32,000 bases of DNA from Pseudoalteromonas translucida KMM 520 (GTDB lineage: Bacteria; Pseudomonadota; Gammaproteobacteria; Enterobacterales; Alteromonadaceae). The DNA lies in NCBI RefSeq assembly GCF_001465295.1, contig NZ_CP011035.1, positions 725,206-757,205 on the forward strand, in the 5' to 3' direction. Positions 17,238-28,115 of this stretch are shown one piece after another. The stretch's first letter is position 1; every line of letters starts with the position of its first letter. The translations under genes were made by a program, and so were the position numbers. The notes beneath the pieces are model-generated. The model was not told where the DNA came from. It saw nothing but the letters and a program-made list of their open reading frames with translations, and ran no database searches.

Positions 17238-18449
17238 ATGCTAGTTGCTTTGGTTGATACGTTAAAACAATTGAGATATCAAATTGCTCATCTTGAAGAT
17301 AATACTTTAAATTCAGAATATCCAGAACTGGCTACCTTTATACAGCAAGTTGGCTTGACTGTAACTGAATCAAAACAAGATCTTACCTTCTTATACCAGT
17401 TTTTATATGTTTATGGTCGCAAATCGGAAGCAACCTATAGTCGATTTAGAAGTGAACTTGAACGTTTTTATTTATGGGCATGGTTAGTCGCTGAAAAGTC
17501 AGTATTTGATTTAAAGCGCGAAGATATTGAAGGTTATGTAGATTTTGTTGTTGAACCAGATAAAGCCTGGGCTACAACATCAGTACAATGGCGTTATAAA
17601 GACGAACAAGGTATTCGCCGCTTAAATACAAATTGGCGCCCTTTCATCCAAAAAGAATCAATTGCTAGCCAACAAACATTATCGGCAATGTTTACTGCAC
17701 TTAACGTATTTTATAAATTTGCTATTTTAGAAGAAAAAACCTTTGCAAATTTTGTGCCGGTAGTAAAAAAGAATAGCCCCTATTTGGTGGTTCAATCGCA
17801 AATACAGATCCCCGATACGCTAAGCGATATACAATGGGAATATGTGTTTGGGGTAACGCGCGACTTATGTGAGCAACAACCTGATCTAGAAAGAAATTTA
17901 TTTACTCTGGCATGTTTAAAAGGATTATATTTACGAATATCCGAATTGTCAGAGCGGCCACAATGGTCGCCCGTTATGTCGCATTTTTGGCAAGACAACG
18001 ATGGCTTTTGGTTTTTGCGTATTATGGGTAAGGGTAATAAATTACGAGATGTAACTCTAAGCGATGATTTTGTTGAATATTTAAAACGCTACCGACTTTA
18101 TCGTGGTTTACCTGCCCTACCACGCGTTGATGAATCTGATCCCTTAGTGCATAAAATTCGTGGCCAAGGTGGCATGACTGTTAGGCAAATACGACGTTTG
18201 GTACAACAAAGTTTTGACTTAGCTCAGCAATCTTTACTCGATGATGGTTTTAAAGATGATTCTGAACAACTTGAAGCTGCAACCGCACATTGGCTTAGAC
18301 ATACAGGTGCAACACACGATGCGCAAACACGACCACTCAAACATTTATCTGAAGATTTAGGACACGCAAAAATAGCAACTACAGACCAAATTTATATTCA
18401 AACAAATATAAAAGAACGTGCAAAATCTGGTTTAAAAAGGAAAATATAA
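17238..18449 (+). CDS. Tyrosine site-specific recombinase (phage-integrase family)
   Basis: The catalytic signature is GLYLRISEL (box I Arg), HWLRHTGATH (HxxR) and LGHAKIATTDQIY (His...Tyr nucleophile). There is an N-terminal SAM-like core-binding domain. Length is 403 aa. Confidence 0.85.
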   Translation: MLVALVDTLKQLRYQIAHLEDNTLNSEYPELATFIQQVGLTVTESKQDLTFLYQFLYVYGRKSEATYSRFRSELERFYLWAWLVAEKSVFDLKREDIEGYVDFVVEPDKAWATTSVQWRYKDEQGIRRLNTNWRPFIQKESIASQQTLSAMFTALNVFYKFAILEEKTFANFVPVVKKNSPYLVVQSQIQIPDTLSDIQWEYVFGVTRDLCEQQPDLERNLFTLACLKGLYLRISELSERPQWSPVMSHFWQDNDGFWFLRIMGKGNKLRDVTLSDDFVEYLKRYRLYRGLPALPRVDESDPLVHKIRGQGGMTVRQIRRLVQQSFDLAQQSLLDDGFKDDSEQLEAATAHWLRHTGATHDAQTRPLKHLSEDLGHAKIATTDQIYIQTNIKERAKSGLKRKI

Positions 18450-19642
18450 TGGAATATTTAGTCATTACTTTTATTGGCAGTTTGTTTTTAATTTATTCAT
18501 TAACAATCCGACAATTAGAAAGAACCGAAATCACTGGCCCAATGTTTTTTGTGATTGGAGGAATAGCACTAGCTTGGTTTATACCAGAGGAAGTTGAACA
18601 ATTAAAAAATGGTGGGGCTTATATATTACCTTTAATTGAATTAACTTTAAGTTTGTTTTTATTTACCGACGCTACAAAAACAAAACTGAGCGTTTTAAAG
18701 CACAGTTTTCAGTACCCGAGTTTATTGTTATTTGTTGCCCTCCCCCTTACCTTGTTGTTAGGTATTGGTACTGCATTATTTTTATTTGCAGAGTTAACAC
18801 TTATACAAGCTGCATTATTAGCAATTATTTTAACACCAACCGATGCAGCGCTCAGTAAAGGATTATTAGAAAGTACACAAGTACCTGAAAATATTCGCGA
18901 AGGAATAAATACTGAAAGTGGTTTAAATGATGGTTTATGTGTACCTGTATTTTTAATTTTTTTGTTATTAGCTAATAACCCCGAGCTTGGGATCACCGCT
19001 TCACAAACTATGATTATTTTTACTCGAGAACTAGGTATAGCACTATTTATAGCAATTGCGAGTGTTGCGATATTTATACCTACTTTAAACTTTGCCATGC
19101 AACGTCATTATTTTGCACAAAAAACCAGTCCTTTTTTGCTGGTAGGTTTTGCAATGGCGATATTTTCTGTGACACAGTACTTCCATAGTAGTGGTTTTAT
19201 TGCAGTGTTTGTAGCTGGTTTATTGTTTGACCGGTTTTCTCCAGAGTCGATACGTTGTGAAATTGTTGAAGACTCAGAGCACATAGCCGATTTTGCAGCA
19301 TTATTAATTTGGTGTTTATTTGGTTTTGTAAGTGCCTATTTGGTTTTACCAAAACTAAATTTTGAAATAATAATTTATGCTTTACTTAGTGCAACTTTGA
19401 TTAGAATAATTCCGGTTATGTTGTCACTGCAATTTACTGCGCTGAATATAAAAGAGCGATTTACTTTTGCTTGGTTTGGACCAAGAGGTCTAGCATCGAT
19501 AGTATTTACGTTAATGGTAATTGATACTCAAATAGAAAATAAATATCAGATTGCGACAATTGCCATGACTACTATTTTATTTAGTGTATTTATTCATGGC
19601 ATAAGTACTAAGCCAATTGCAGATAGTTTTGCTAAAAAGTAA
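18449..19642 (+). CDS. Cation:proton antiporter (Na+/H+ exchanger family, CPA1-like)
   Basis: It has about 11 TM segments, a TPTDAA motif (ILTPTDAALS) and ESGLNDG, both typical of Na+/H+ exchangers. Its start overlaps the integrase stop (TAATG). Confidence 0.82.
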   Translation: MEYLVITFIGSLFLIYSLTIRQLERTEITGPMFFVIGGIALAWFIPEEVEQLKNGGAYILPLIELTLSLFLFTDATKTKLSVLKHSFQYPSLLLFVALPLTLLLGIGTALFLFAELTLIQAALLAIILTPTDAALSKGLLESTQVPENIREGINTESGLNDGLCVPVFLIFLLLANNPELGITASQTMIIFTRELGIALFIAIASVAIFIPTLNFAMQRHYFAQKTSPFLLVGFAMAIFSVTQYFHSSGFIAVFVAGLLFDRFSPESIRCEIVEDSEHIADFAALLIWCLFGFVSAYLVLPKLNFEIIIYALLSATLIRIIPVMLSLQFTALNIKERFTFAWFGPRGLASIVFTLMVIDTQIENKYQIATIAMTTILFSVFIHGISTKPIADSFAKK

Positions 19643-19658
19643 AAAGTAAAAAGTAAAA

Positions 19659-19691
19659 ATGCGTAACTTTATTTATAAAGTTACGCATTTT
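19659..19691. terminator. Bidirectional terminator between antiporter and ydiJ-like genes
   Basis: ATGCGTAACTTTA-ttta-TAAAGTTACGCAT, a 13-bp perfect stem with A-rich and T-rich flanks. Confidence 0.75.
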
Positions 19692-19709
19692 TAATCTGTC
19701 TAATAAAGT

Positions 19710-22700
19710 TTAATCGCTAAGTAGGTGTGCAAGTAACTCAATTGGATGTTTAGGTTTAAATTTTTCATAGCGTTTAACTTGGCTACGACAAGAAAACCCC
19801 GTTGATAATAGTTGCTCGGGTTTATTTTTATCTACAATAGGTTTCCAACTCATTTCGTATAGTGCGCGCGAGTTGTTTTGGTTTTGTGCTTCGTGACCAT
19901 AAGTACCCGCCATACCGCAACAACCAGTACTGGTTTTTTTTAATGTTAAGCCAATATCGGTAAAAATATTTTGCCAAACACTCGCAGCTTTTGGTAATGC
20001 GGTAGTTTCGGTACAGTGGCTTAATAAAGTAAATTCAGTATTAGTATTTTGTTTAGCTTTTAATTGCGTAAACGATTGAGTTTGCAACCACTCGTGGGCA
20101 AGTTGCACATGAAAGTCACCTCGGTTATTTTCTAAAATTGTATTGTACTCATCGCGGTAACACATAACTAATGAAGCATCTAAACCAACCATTGGTGCAT
20201 TAATGTCGTTAAGTTTATTTAAAAACTCCGCGGCGTTTTTTGCTGTTACTTTAAACTCATGCAAAAAACCTTTTACATGCTGCGGTTTTCCATTGGGTTT
20301 AAAAGGCAATAGCATTGGCTTTTTGCCAAGCTGAGTAATAAGCGTAATAAAACTCTCTACTAATTCTGCTTCATAAAAACTAGTGAATGGGTCTTGTACT
20401 ATTAATACATATTCGTTTTGTTGCTCAGCACTGAGTTTATTTAGTAATTCAAAATTAAAAGTGTGAGTTTTGTTTACCCGATTAGTTAGTGCGGGAATAC
20501 TTAATTGTGGTGTATTTACATAACCCACGGTTTTTTTAATAATGTTACTAACTAGGTTTGTACTTACTATAGGATTAATAATACGTGCAAATTTAGCCAT
20601 TAATGGCGCACTAACTTCTATATTGCCAACTAGGTAATCTTTAAGAGGACGTGCGTAGTAACTATGATAATAATTTAAAAAACGCGAACGAAAAGTAGGT
20701 ACATCTACTTTAATTGGGCAAGCAGTAGTACATGCTTTACAGGCTAAACATTCGTCCATTGAAGCTTTAACCTCGTGAGAAAAGTCGTAAACGCCTTTGT
20801 TTTTTTCACGACTATGAACAAAACGTTCCCACCAGGTAATTACTTCGCCTTTATTCAGTTGCTTTTCGACCTCAAGTAAATCTATATCTTTTGCTTCTTG
20901 TAGGCGCAACCATTCACGCATTAAACTTGCGCGACCTTTAGGTGAATGTCGGCGATCACCGGTTACTTTATACGACGGACACATTGGTGAGTTTTCATCG
21001 TAGTTAAAGCATATACCGTTACCGTTACAGGTCATGGCATTATTAAAACTTGTTTTTACATCAATAGATATTTGTTTATCGAACCATGATCGTTTTTGTC
21101 CATCAACACTAACTAGTGAGTCTTCACTATCGATAGGTGTGCATATTTTACCTGGGTTTATTCGGTTGTTTGGATCAAACGCAGTTTTTATTTTACGTAA
21201 CTGAGTAAATAAATGTTCGCCAAAAAAAGCTGGGCCATATTCGCTACGATACCCTTTACCGTGTTCGCCCCACATTAAACCACCGTATTTAGCGGTGAGT
21301 TTGACCACTTCATCTGAAATAACACGCAATAGTTTTTCTTGTTCTGGATCGCACATATCGAGCGCGGGCCTAACATGTAAAACTCCAGCGTCAACATGGC
21401 CGAACATTCCATATTGTAAATTATGGCTGTCGAGTAATGCTCTAAACTCTACTATATAATCAGCTAAGTTTTCAGGTGGTACAGCGGTGTCTTCTGCAAA
21501 AGCGAGTGGTTTTTGGCTGCCTTTTACATTACCTAAAAGCCCGACTGATTTTTTACGCATGGCATAAATTTTTAAAATATCACTTTTATTACTGGTTAGC
21601 TGATAACCAATAACACCATTAGTTTGCTGTGCCACGCACTGATCTAATAGGTTGCACAAAGTGTCTACTTTGTCTTTTATATCCTCTGGCGATACAGCAT
21701 TAAACTCAACCATGTTGAGCCCTTGCATATCTTTATTAGGAATGTCGGTTATTAAGTCCGATACTGAATGCCAAATAATATCTTGGCGTGCTAAGTTTAA
21801 AACTTTGCTATCGACGGTTTCAACCGAAGTTGCTCGCGCAGCTACCAAAAATGGTGAATGACGTAGTGCCGAATCAAAACTATCATACTTAATATTAATC
21901 AGGGTTTTAAATTCAGCAATGGGGGTTAGCTTTAATTTAGCCTCGGTAACTATACCTAATGACCCTTCAGAACCGGTAATTAAACGGCTCATATCAAAAG
22001 TGTGTAAGTCATCACTTAGCACATGCTCTAGGTCATACCCGGTTAAAAAGCGGTTTAATCTAGGAAATTTAGCTAATACAGCTTCGCGCTCATTTAGTGC
22101 AATATCTAAAACGGTTTTATATAAATGACCAACAAATGTTTCTTGCTCTGCGATTACTTTTGCTTTTTCTGTATCAATAGCTGCAGTACACATAGGTGTA
22201 CCATCGACCAAATAAGTTGTTAGCCCTAAAACATGGTCACTCGTTTTACCGTAAACTAGCGAGCCTTGACCCGATGCATCAGTGCTGATCATACCGCCAA
22301 TGGTTGCTCTATTACTGGTAGATAAGTCGGGAGAAAAGAAAAAACCATACGGTTTTAAAAAGTCATTAAGCTGATCTTTTATTACCCCAGTTTGTACACG
22401 TACCCAGCCTTCTTGCGTGTTTATTTCGAGTATTTCACGCATGTATCGTGATAAATCGACAATAATGCCTGGGGTTAATGATTGCCCGTTAGTCCCAGTG
22501 CCGCCGCCGCGCGGACCAAATGTTAACGATAAAAAGGGGTCGCGAGATGCTGTTTGCAACGCAAGTTGAATATCTTTTTCGGTTTTAGGAAAAATAACAC
22601 CTTGCGGTAGCTCTTGGTAAATACTGTTATCGGTTGAAGCTGTTATGCGGGTTGCATAACTTGCGTCAGTGTCTCCAGTAAACCCTTGATTTTTAATGGT

Positions 22701-22760
22701 ACTTAAGTAATTTGCGACAACTTCTGTCGCGGCATCTTGCTGTGTAATAGTTGCTATCAT
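19710..22760 (-). CDS. ydiJ: FAD-binding and (Fe-S)-binding oxidoreductase, YdiJ-like (D-2-hydroxyglutarate/D-lactate dehydrogenase-type fused to cysteine-rich domains)
   Basis: It is 1016 aa, versus about 1018 aa for E. coli YdiJ. It has an N-terminal FAD-binding PCMH domain (GGGTGTNGQS), a central 4Fe-4S motif (CLACKACTTACP) and C-terminal CCG-type Cys-rich repeats (CCGMAGTYG). Confidence 0.85.
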   Translation of the reverse strand: MIATITQQDAATEVVANYLSTIKNQGFTGDTDASYATRITASTDNSIYQELPQGVIFPKTEKDIQLALQTASRDPFLSLTFGPRGGGTGTNGQSLTPGIIVDLSRYMREILEINTQEGWVRVQTGVIKDQLNDFLKPYGFFFSPDLSTSNRATIGGMISTDASGQGSLVYGKTSDHVLGLTTYLVDGTPMCTAAIDTEKAKVIAEQETFVGHLYKTVLDIALNEREAVLAKFPRLNRFLTGYDLEHVLSDDLHTFDMSRLITGSEGSLGIVTEAKLKLTPIAEFKTLINIKYDSFDSALRHSPFLVAARATSVETVDSKVLNLARQDIIWHSVSDLITDIPNKDMQGLNMVEFNAVSPEDIKDKVDTLCNLLDQCVAQQTNGVIGYQLTSNKSDILKIYAMRKKSVGLLGNVKGSQKPLAFAEDTAVPPENLADYIVEFRALLDSHNLQYGMFGHVDAGVLHVRPALDMCDPEQEKLLRVISDEVVKLTAKYGGLMWGEHGKGYRSEYGPAFFGEHLFTQLRKIKTAFDPNNRINPGKICTPIDSEDSLVSVDGQKRSWFDKQISIDVKTSFNNAMTCNGNGICFNYDENSPMCPSYKVTGDRRHSPKGRASLMREWLRLQEAKDIDLLEVEKQLNKGEVITWWERFVHSREKNKGVYDFSHEVKASMDECLACKACTTACPIKVDVPTFRSRFLNYYHSYYARPLKDYLVGNIEVSAPLMAKFARIINPIVSTNLVSNIIKKTVGYVNTPQLSIPALTNRVNKTHTFNFELLNKLSAEQQNEYVLIVQDPFTSFYEAELVESFITLITQLGKKPMLLPFKPNGKPQHVKGFLHEFKVTAKNAAEFLNKLNDINAPMVGLDASLVMCYRDEYNTILENNRGDFHVQLAHEWLQTQSFTQLKAKQNTNTEFTLLSHCTETTALPKAASVWQNIFTDIGLTLKKTSTGCCGMAGTYGHEAQNQNNSRALYEMSWKPIVDKNKPEQLLSTGFSCRSQVKRYEKFKPKHPIELLAHLLSD

Positions 22761-22907
22761 GACGGCGATATTTTAAGGCATTTGGTCAATTATATCATGC
22801 TGTGGGGTAATAGAAATTGAAGATTTTACAGTTTGTAACACTCTTTTAATCGATTTTATTCGCACTGCAATTATACTCAAGTTAACAGTTACTAGGGGGC
22901 TTTAACT

Positions 22908-23117
22908 ATGAAAAAAATACTATTACTTTTAGCCGGTGTATTGTGCATGTTACTGGGTTTATTTTTTGCGATTGTACCTGGACCATCGTTAATATTTATT
23001 ATGGCGGGATTATTGTGCTTTTCTTTTGACTACCCAAAAGCAAGGCATTATTTGGGGCTTTGTCAAAAAGCGTTAACTAAATCTTGCCGATATTTAGATA
23101 AAAAATTAGCACGTTAA
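22908..23117 (+). CDS. Small two-TM membrane protein, PGPGW-like
   Basis: It is 69 aa. The LGLFFAIVPGPSLIFIMAGLLCF hairpin resembles the PGPGW family. A GGGGG motif precedes the ATG. Confidence 0.45.
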   Translation: MKKILLLLAGVLCMLLGLFFAIVPGPSLIFIMAGLLCFSFDYPKARHYLGLCQKALTKSCRYLDKKLAR

Positions 23118-23141
23118 AACTTTGTTTTAAATTACACAAAC

Positions 23142-23170
23142 AAAAATGCCAGCAAAAGCTGGCATTTTTA
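23142..23170. terminator. Bidirectional terminator
   Basis: AAAAATGCCAGC-aaaa-GCTGGCATTTTT. Confidence 0.8.
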
Positions 23171-23183
23171 TTACACAAAGTAA

Positions 23184-25559
23184 TTATTTAGCTAGTTTTT
23201 CAGCTAAGTATAACCATGTTTCTAGTACTGTATCTGGGTTTAATGAAACAGAGTCGATGCCCTGCTCTACTAACCATGCTGCAAAGTCTTCATGATCAGA
23301 AGGACCTTGACCACAAATACCTACATACTTGCCTTTTTCTTTAGCTGTTTTAATTGCCATAGAAAGTAGCTTTTTGATTGCAGGGTCGCGTTCATCAAAT
23401 AAATGTGCGATTAAACCTGAGTCACGGTCTAAACCAAGCGTTAGCTGAGTTAAGTCGTTTGAACCGATAGAAAAACCATCAAAATGCTCTAAAAACTCTT
23501 CAGCTAATAGTGCGTTTGAAGGCAGTTCACACATCATAATTACTTTTAGACCATTATCGCCACGTTTAAGGCCATGCTCTTCAAGTAGTTCAATAACACG
23601 CTTACCTTCTTCAACGGTACGTACGAATGGGATCATGATTTCGATATTAGTCATGTCCATGCCGTTTCTTACGCGTTTAATTGCTTCACACTCTAGTGCA
23701 AAACAGTCGCGGAAAGCTTCTGACACATAACGAGCGGCGCCACGAAAACCTATCATAGGGTTTTCTTCTTCCGGTTCGTATTGTTGGCCGCCAACTAAGT
23801 TTGCGTATTCGTTTGATTTAAAATCAGACATACGAACAATTACACGCTCTGGTGCAAATGCACACGCAAGAGTAGAAATACCTTCAACCAATTTAGAGAT
23901 ATAAAACTCTACCGGAGATTCATAACCGGCCATCATGTCGGTAATCTCTGCTTTTAACGCATCACTTTGTGCATCAAAATTAAGTAGTGCTTTAGGGTGA
24001 ACGCCAATCATACGGTTGATAATAAATTCAACACGGGCTAGGCCAACACCTGAATGCGGTAAACGAGCAAAATCGAATGCACGATCTGGATTACCTACGT
24101 TCATCATTACTTTAATTGGTAGCTCAGGCATTTCGTCAACACGAGAAGTAAGCACTTCAAAGTCTAAAATACCTTCGTAAATGAAACCTGTATCGCCTTC
24201 GGCACATGATACGGTAACTTCTTGACCAGCTTTAATTAAATCAGTTGCGTTACCACAACCAACAACGGCTGGAATACCAAGTTCACGTGCAATAATTGCA
24301 GCATGACAAGTACGGCCACCACGATTTGTAACAATCGCTGCAGCACGTTTCATGATAGGTTCCCAATCTGGGTCGGTCATGTCGGTAACTAAAATGTCGC
24401 CTACTTGAACCTGATCCATCTCTTTGATTGAGTTAAGAACACGAACAACACCGCTACCAATTTTATGACCAATTGCACGGCCTTCAACAACAACCTTGCT
24501 GGTGCCATTTAATTGAAAACGTTCCATTACGTTGGCATCTTCGTTTGAGCGAACCGTTTCTGGACGAGCTTGAACTATATATAGTTTGCCGTCGTTACCG
24601 TCTTTTGCCCATTCGATGTCCATTGGACGACCGTAATGTTTTTCGATGATTACAGCTTGCTTGGCAAGTTCTTGCACTTCTTCATCTGTAATCGAAAATT
24701 TATTTGAAAGCGCAGGCTCTACGTCAATAATTTCTACTTGCTTGCCGTGTGCTTTGTCTTCTGAGTAAATCATTTGGATGGCTTTAGAGCCAATGTTACG
24801 ACGTACTACAGAAGGCTTGTTTTTAAGTAATGTTGGTTTATGAACATAAAATTCATCAGGGTTTACTGCGCCCTGTACAACCATTTCGCCTAGCCCGTAG
24901 CTTGATGTGATAAATACAACATCTTCAAAACCAGACTCGGTATCAATACTAAACATAACGCCAGATGCTGATTTATCTGAACGAACCATGCGTTGTACAC
25001 CAGCAGACAGTGCAACACCACGGTGATCGTACCCTTGGTGAACACGGTAAGAGATAGCGCGGTCGTTAAATAATGAAGCAAATACGTGTTTAATAGCGAC
25101 CATTACTGAGTCAATACCAACAACGTTTAAGAAAGTTTCTTGCTGGCCTGCGAATGATGCGTCTGGCATGTCTTCAGCGGTAGCTGATGAACGTACTGCA
25201 AATGAAACATCGGCTGCTGTGTCGCCGTGGAGTTGGCTGTATGCTTCGCGAATGGCTTTATCTAGATTAGGTTGGAATGGTGTATCGATTATCCATTGGC
25301 GGATATCGGCACCGACTTTAGCGAGTGTATTCACATCTTCAACATCAAGTGTATCTAGAATGTCGTGAATTTTTGCGGTGAGTCCTGATTGATCTAAAAA
25401 CTCATTAAAAGCATCAGCGGTAGTTGCAAAACCACCCGGCACTTGTACACCTGCGTTTGCTAGGTTTGAAATCATTTCGCCAAGTGAAGCGTTTTTACCG
25501 CCAACACGAGGAACATCTTGCATACCAAGCTCTTGATACCAGAGAACGTATTCTTGCAC
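23184..25559 (-). CDS. ppsA: Phosphoenolpyruvate synthase
   Basis: From the GTG at 25559 the protein reads [29 protein letters not shown], versus E. coli ...[26 protein letters not shown]. It has the phosphohistidine motif [22 protein letters not shown] lies 8 nt upstream of the GTG. Length is 791 aa (E. coli 792). The track's 14 additional N-terminal residues are unlikely. Confidence 0.95.
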   Translation of the reverse strand: MQEYVLWYQELGMQDVPRVGGKNASLGEMISNLANAGVQVPGGFATTADAFNEFLDQSGLTAKIHDILDTLDVEDVNTLAKVGADIRQWIIDTPFQPNLDKAIREAYSQLHGDTAADVSFAVRSSATAEDMPDASFAGQQETFLNVVGIDSVMVAIKHVFASLFNDRAISYRVHQGYDHRGVALSAGVQRMVRSDKSASGVMFSIDTESGFEDVVFITSSYGLGEMVVQGAVNPDEFYVHKPTLLKNKPSVVRRNIGSKAIQMIYSEDKAHGKQVEIIDVEPALSNKFSITDEEVQELAKQAVIIEKHYGRPMDIEWAKDGNDGKLYIVQARPETVRSNEDANVMERFQLNGTSKVVVEGRAIGHKIGSGVVRVLNSIKEMDQVQVGDILVTDMTDPDWEPIMKRAAAIVTNRGGRTCHAAIIARELGIPAVVGCGNATDLIKAGQEVTVSCAEGDTGFIYEGILDFEVLTSRVDEMPELPIKVMMNVGNPDRAFDFARLPHSGVGLARVEFIINRMIGVHPKALLNFDAQSDALKAEITDMMAGYESPVEFYISKLVEGISTLACAFAPERVIVRMSDFKSNEYANLVGGQQYEPEEENPMIGFRGAARYVSEAFRDCFALECEAIKRVRNGMDMTNIEIMIPFVRTVEEGKRVIELLEEHGLKRGDNGLKVIMMCELPSNALLAEEFLEHFDGFSIGSNDLTQLTLGLDRDSGLIAHLFDERDPAIKKLLSMAIKTAKEKGKYVGICGQGPSDHEDFAAWLVEQGIDSVSLNPDTVLETWLYLAEKLAK

Positions 25560-25872
25560 GGATCTTTCTCCAAAAAAACAAATTGTAGTACTAAATACCA
25601 ACTAATTAACATTTAATCATTTTAGCGAGTTAGACATTGTATTAACAAGTTAAAAATTTTCATGTAGAACAACTACCTGTTAATTTTTATGTTGCTAATA
25701 AAGCGCTTCCTATCGCTATAATTGACTATTTACTTAATACAATCGATATAACTGTGAGAGTTAAGAAAGAAAACCTTTTATAAAGGTCACACCCATTCTA
25801 CACTGGCAACAGTCCTCACGTAAACCGTGAGAAACTTAATTTTAAAATTAAAAGTAATAAAAAAGAGGATTT

Positions 25873-26682
25873 ATGAGAACTGCTTTTTATATTTCAGATG
25901 GCACAGCAATTACTTCTGAGGTTTTTGGCCATGCTACTTTGTCACTGTTCCCTGTTGAATTTAATCATAAAACCATTCCCTTTGTAGAAACAGAAGAGAA
26001 AGCGCATCAAATTAAAGAGTTAATTAACGCAACGGCAAAAAGAGATGGTGAAAAGCCTTTAATATTTTTTACCTTTGTAAATTACAACTTAACTGAAATT
26101 ATTAGCTCTGCTAATGCAGTGTGTTATGACTTTTTGACAACCTATAGCGAAAAAATAGAAAAAGAACTAAATGTAGCGCCAGTACCAAAAATTCATCGCA
26201 CTCACTCTATTCATGAAAAAAGCTATGACTTTAGAATTGATGCGGTTAACTACGCGTTGATGAATGATGATGGCGGTAATATTAAAAACTATGGCGAAGC
26301 CGATATTATTTTAATTGGTGTGAGCCGCAGTGGTAAAACTCCAACAAGTTTATATTTAGCACTACAATATGGGATTAAAGCGGCTAACTACCCAATCACC
26401 GAAGACGACCTTGAAACCGAAGGCTTGCCTAAATGCTTAATACCTTTTAAACATAAATTATTTGGTTTAACTATTGATCCTGAGCGCCTTGCTGCCATTA
26501 GAGACCGACGCATGGCTAACTCTAAATATGCTTCTATTCGTCAATGTCGTATTGAAGTACGCGAAGTAGAAATGCTGTACAAGCGCAATAGAATCCCATT
26601 TTTAAACTCTACTCATCACTCAGTAGAAGAAATATCGGCGAAGATTATATCTGATACTGATTTAGAGCGCCGTAAGTACTAA
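25873..26682 (+). CDS. ppsR: PEP synthase regulatory protein (bifunctional kinase/pyrophosphorylase, DUF299)
   Basis: FYISDGTAITSEVFGHA matches the E. coli PpsR N-terminus. It has the P-loop GVSRSGKTPTSLYLA. It is divergent from ppsA, as in enterics. Confidence 0.9.
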   Translation: MRTAFYISDGTAITSEVFGHATLSLFPVEFNHKTIPFVETEEKAHQIKELINATAKRDGEKPLIFFTFVNYNLTEIISSANAVCYDFLTTYSEKIEKELNVAPVPKIHRTHSIHEKSYDFRIDAVNYALMNDDGGNIKNYGEADIILIGVSRSGKTPTSLYLALQYGIKAANYPITEDDLETEGLPKCLIPFKHKLFGLTIDPERLAAIRDRRMANSKYASIRQCRIEVREVEMLYKRNRIPFLNSTHHSVEEISAKIISDTDLERRKY

Positions 26683-26719
26683 CTTATATTTGTGGTTAGC
26701 TTAACTAGAAAGTATAAAA

Positions 26720-26747
26720 AACGCCGCTTAATTAGCGGCGTTTGTAT
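26720..26747. terminator. Bidirectional terminator between ppsR and the DAHP synthase gene
   Basis: AACGCCGCT-taatt-AGCGGCGTT with A-run and T-rich flanks. Confidence 0.8.
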
Positions 26748-26765
26748 TTAGGGGATTCATTTTAC

Positions 26766-28115
26766 TTATTTGCGTGCGTCTTTTAATAAATCGGCAACTA
26801 AAAAGCCTAGTTCTAATACTTGATCGGCATTTAAACGTGGGTCGCACTGGGTTTTATAACGCTGTGCTAAATCGTCATCAGACAGCCCATACGCACCGCC
26901 AGTACACTCAGTAACATGTTGCCCGGTCATTTCTAAATGCACGCCACCTGCATAGCTGCCCTCGGCTTTATGCACTGCGAAAAACTGGCTGATCTCACGC
27001 ATGATATTGTCAAAGCTACGTGTTTTGTATCCTGAACTCGCCTTTTCGGTGTTACCGTGCATTGGATCAGAACTCCAAATAACTTTACGGCCTTCTTGTT
27101 GTACTTTACGTACCAGTGCCGGTAGTTTTTCAGGGAGTATATCTGCGCCCATACGGGTAATTAATGTTAATCGACCTGGAATGTTATCTGGGTTTAATGC
27201 ATCAATTAAGCGTATTAAATCATCTGGGTCCATACCTGGGCCAACTTTAACGCCGATTGGATTTTTAATTCCTTTAAAAAATTCAATATGCGCGTGGTCT
27301 AGCTGACGCGTACGCTCGCCAATCCACACAAAGTGCGCAGAACAATCGTACCAATCGCCAGATAAATGGTCACGGCGAGTTAGTGCTTCTTCGTAGCCTA
27401 GTAATAGCGCCTCGTGAGAGGTGTATAAATCGGTTTCTTTTAAGCTTGGTGCGATAGTAGAATTAATACCACACACTTCCATAAACTCAAGCGCATCTTG
27501 AATTTTATCAGCTAGCTGTTGATACTTTTCTTTTTGTGGATTGGCTGCAACAAAGCCCATATTCCAACGGTTTACTTGGTGTAAGTCAGCTAGGCCACCT
27601 TGTGCAAATGCACGCAGTAAGTTTAACGTAGCGGCACTGTGGTGATACGCTGTCATTAAGCGTTGTGGATCTGGGATACGCGCTTGTTCGGTAAACTCAA
27701 AATTATTAACAATGTCGCCACGGTATGACGGTAATGATACGCCATCAATCGTTTCTAAATCTGCTGAACGTGGTTTTGCATACTGCCCTGCCATACGCGC
27801 TATTTTAACTACTGGGCATTTACCGCCGTAAGTTAATACCACGGCCATTTGTAAAATTGTTTTAAAAGTATCGCGAATGTTAGCGGCATTAAAGTCACTA
27901 AACGACTCAGCACAATCACCACCTTGTAGTAAAAAAGCGCGCCCTTCGCATACATCTTCTAGCTGCTTAAATAAACTTCTGGTCTCTTCAGCGAATACTA
28001 AAGGCGGAGCACTCTTTAATTGCGCTTCTACTGATTTAAGTGATTCTTGATCTGGGTAGTTTGGCTGCTGTAATATTGGCAGTTCTCTCCAGCTATTTGG
28101 GTTCCACGTTTGCAT
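26766..28115 (-). CDS. 3-deoxy-7-phosphoheptulonate (DAHP) synthase, class II (plant/actinobacterial type)
   Basis: It is about 450 aa. The N-terminus is [21 protein letters not shown], and the [12 protein letters not shown], HEALLL and IGERTRQ motifs are characteristic of class II DAHPS. GAGGA abuts the ATG at 28121 but sits 6 nt from the ATG at 28115, so the second Met is preferred. Confidence 0.88.
   Translation of the reverse strand: MQTWNPNSWRELPILQQPNYPDQESLKSVEAQLKSAPPLVFAEETRSLFKQLEDVCEGRAFLLQGGDCAESFSDFNAANIRDTFKTILQMAVVLTYGGKCPVVKIARMAGQYAKPRSADLETIDGVSLPSYRGDIVNNFEFTEQARIPDPQRLMTAYHHSAATLNLLRAFAQGGLADLHQVNRWNMGFVAANPQKEKYQQLADKIQDALEFMEVCGINSTIAPSLKETDLYTSHEALLLGYEEALTRRDHLSGDWYDCSAHFVWIGERTRQLDHAHIEFFKGIKNPIGVKVGPGMDPDDLIRLIDALNPDNIPGRLTLITRMGADILPEKLPALVRKVQQEGRKVIWSSDPMHGNTEKASSGYKTRSFDNIMREISQFFAVHKAEGSYAGGVHLEMTGQHVTECTGGAYGLSDDDLAQRYKTQCDPRLNADQVLELGFLVADLLKDARK

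Noticed and set aside
19634-19654. Tandem (AAAAAGT)x3 spanning the antiporter stop codon.
   Set aside because: It is a short, A-rich, low-complexity run leading into the terminator. Copy-number change would not alter the protein beyond the last residues. There is no evidence of phase variation.
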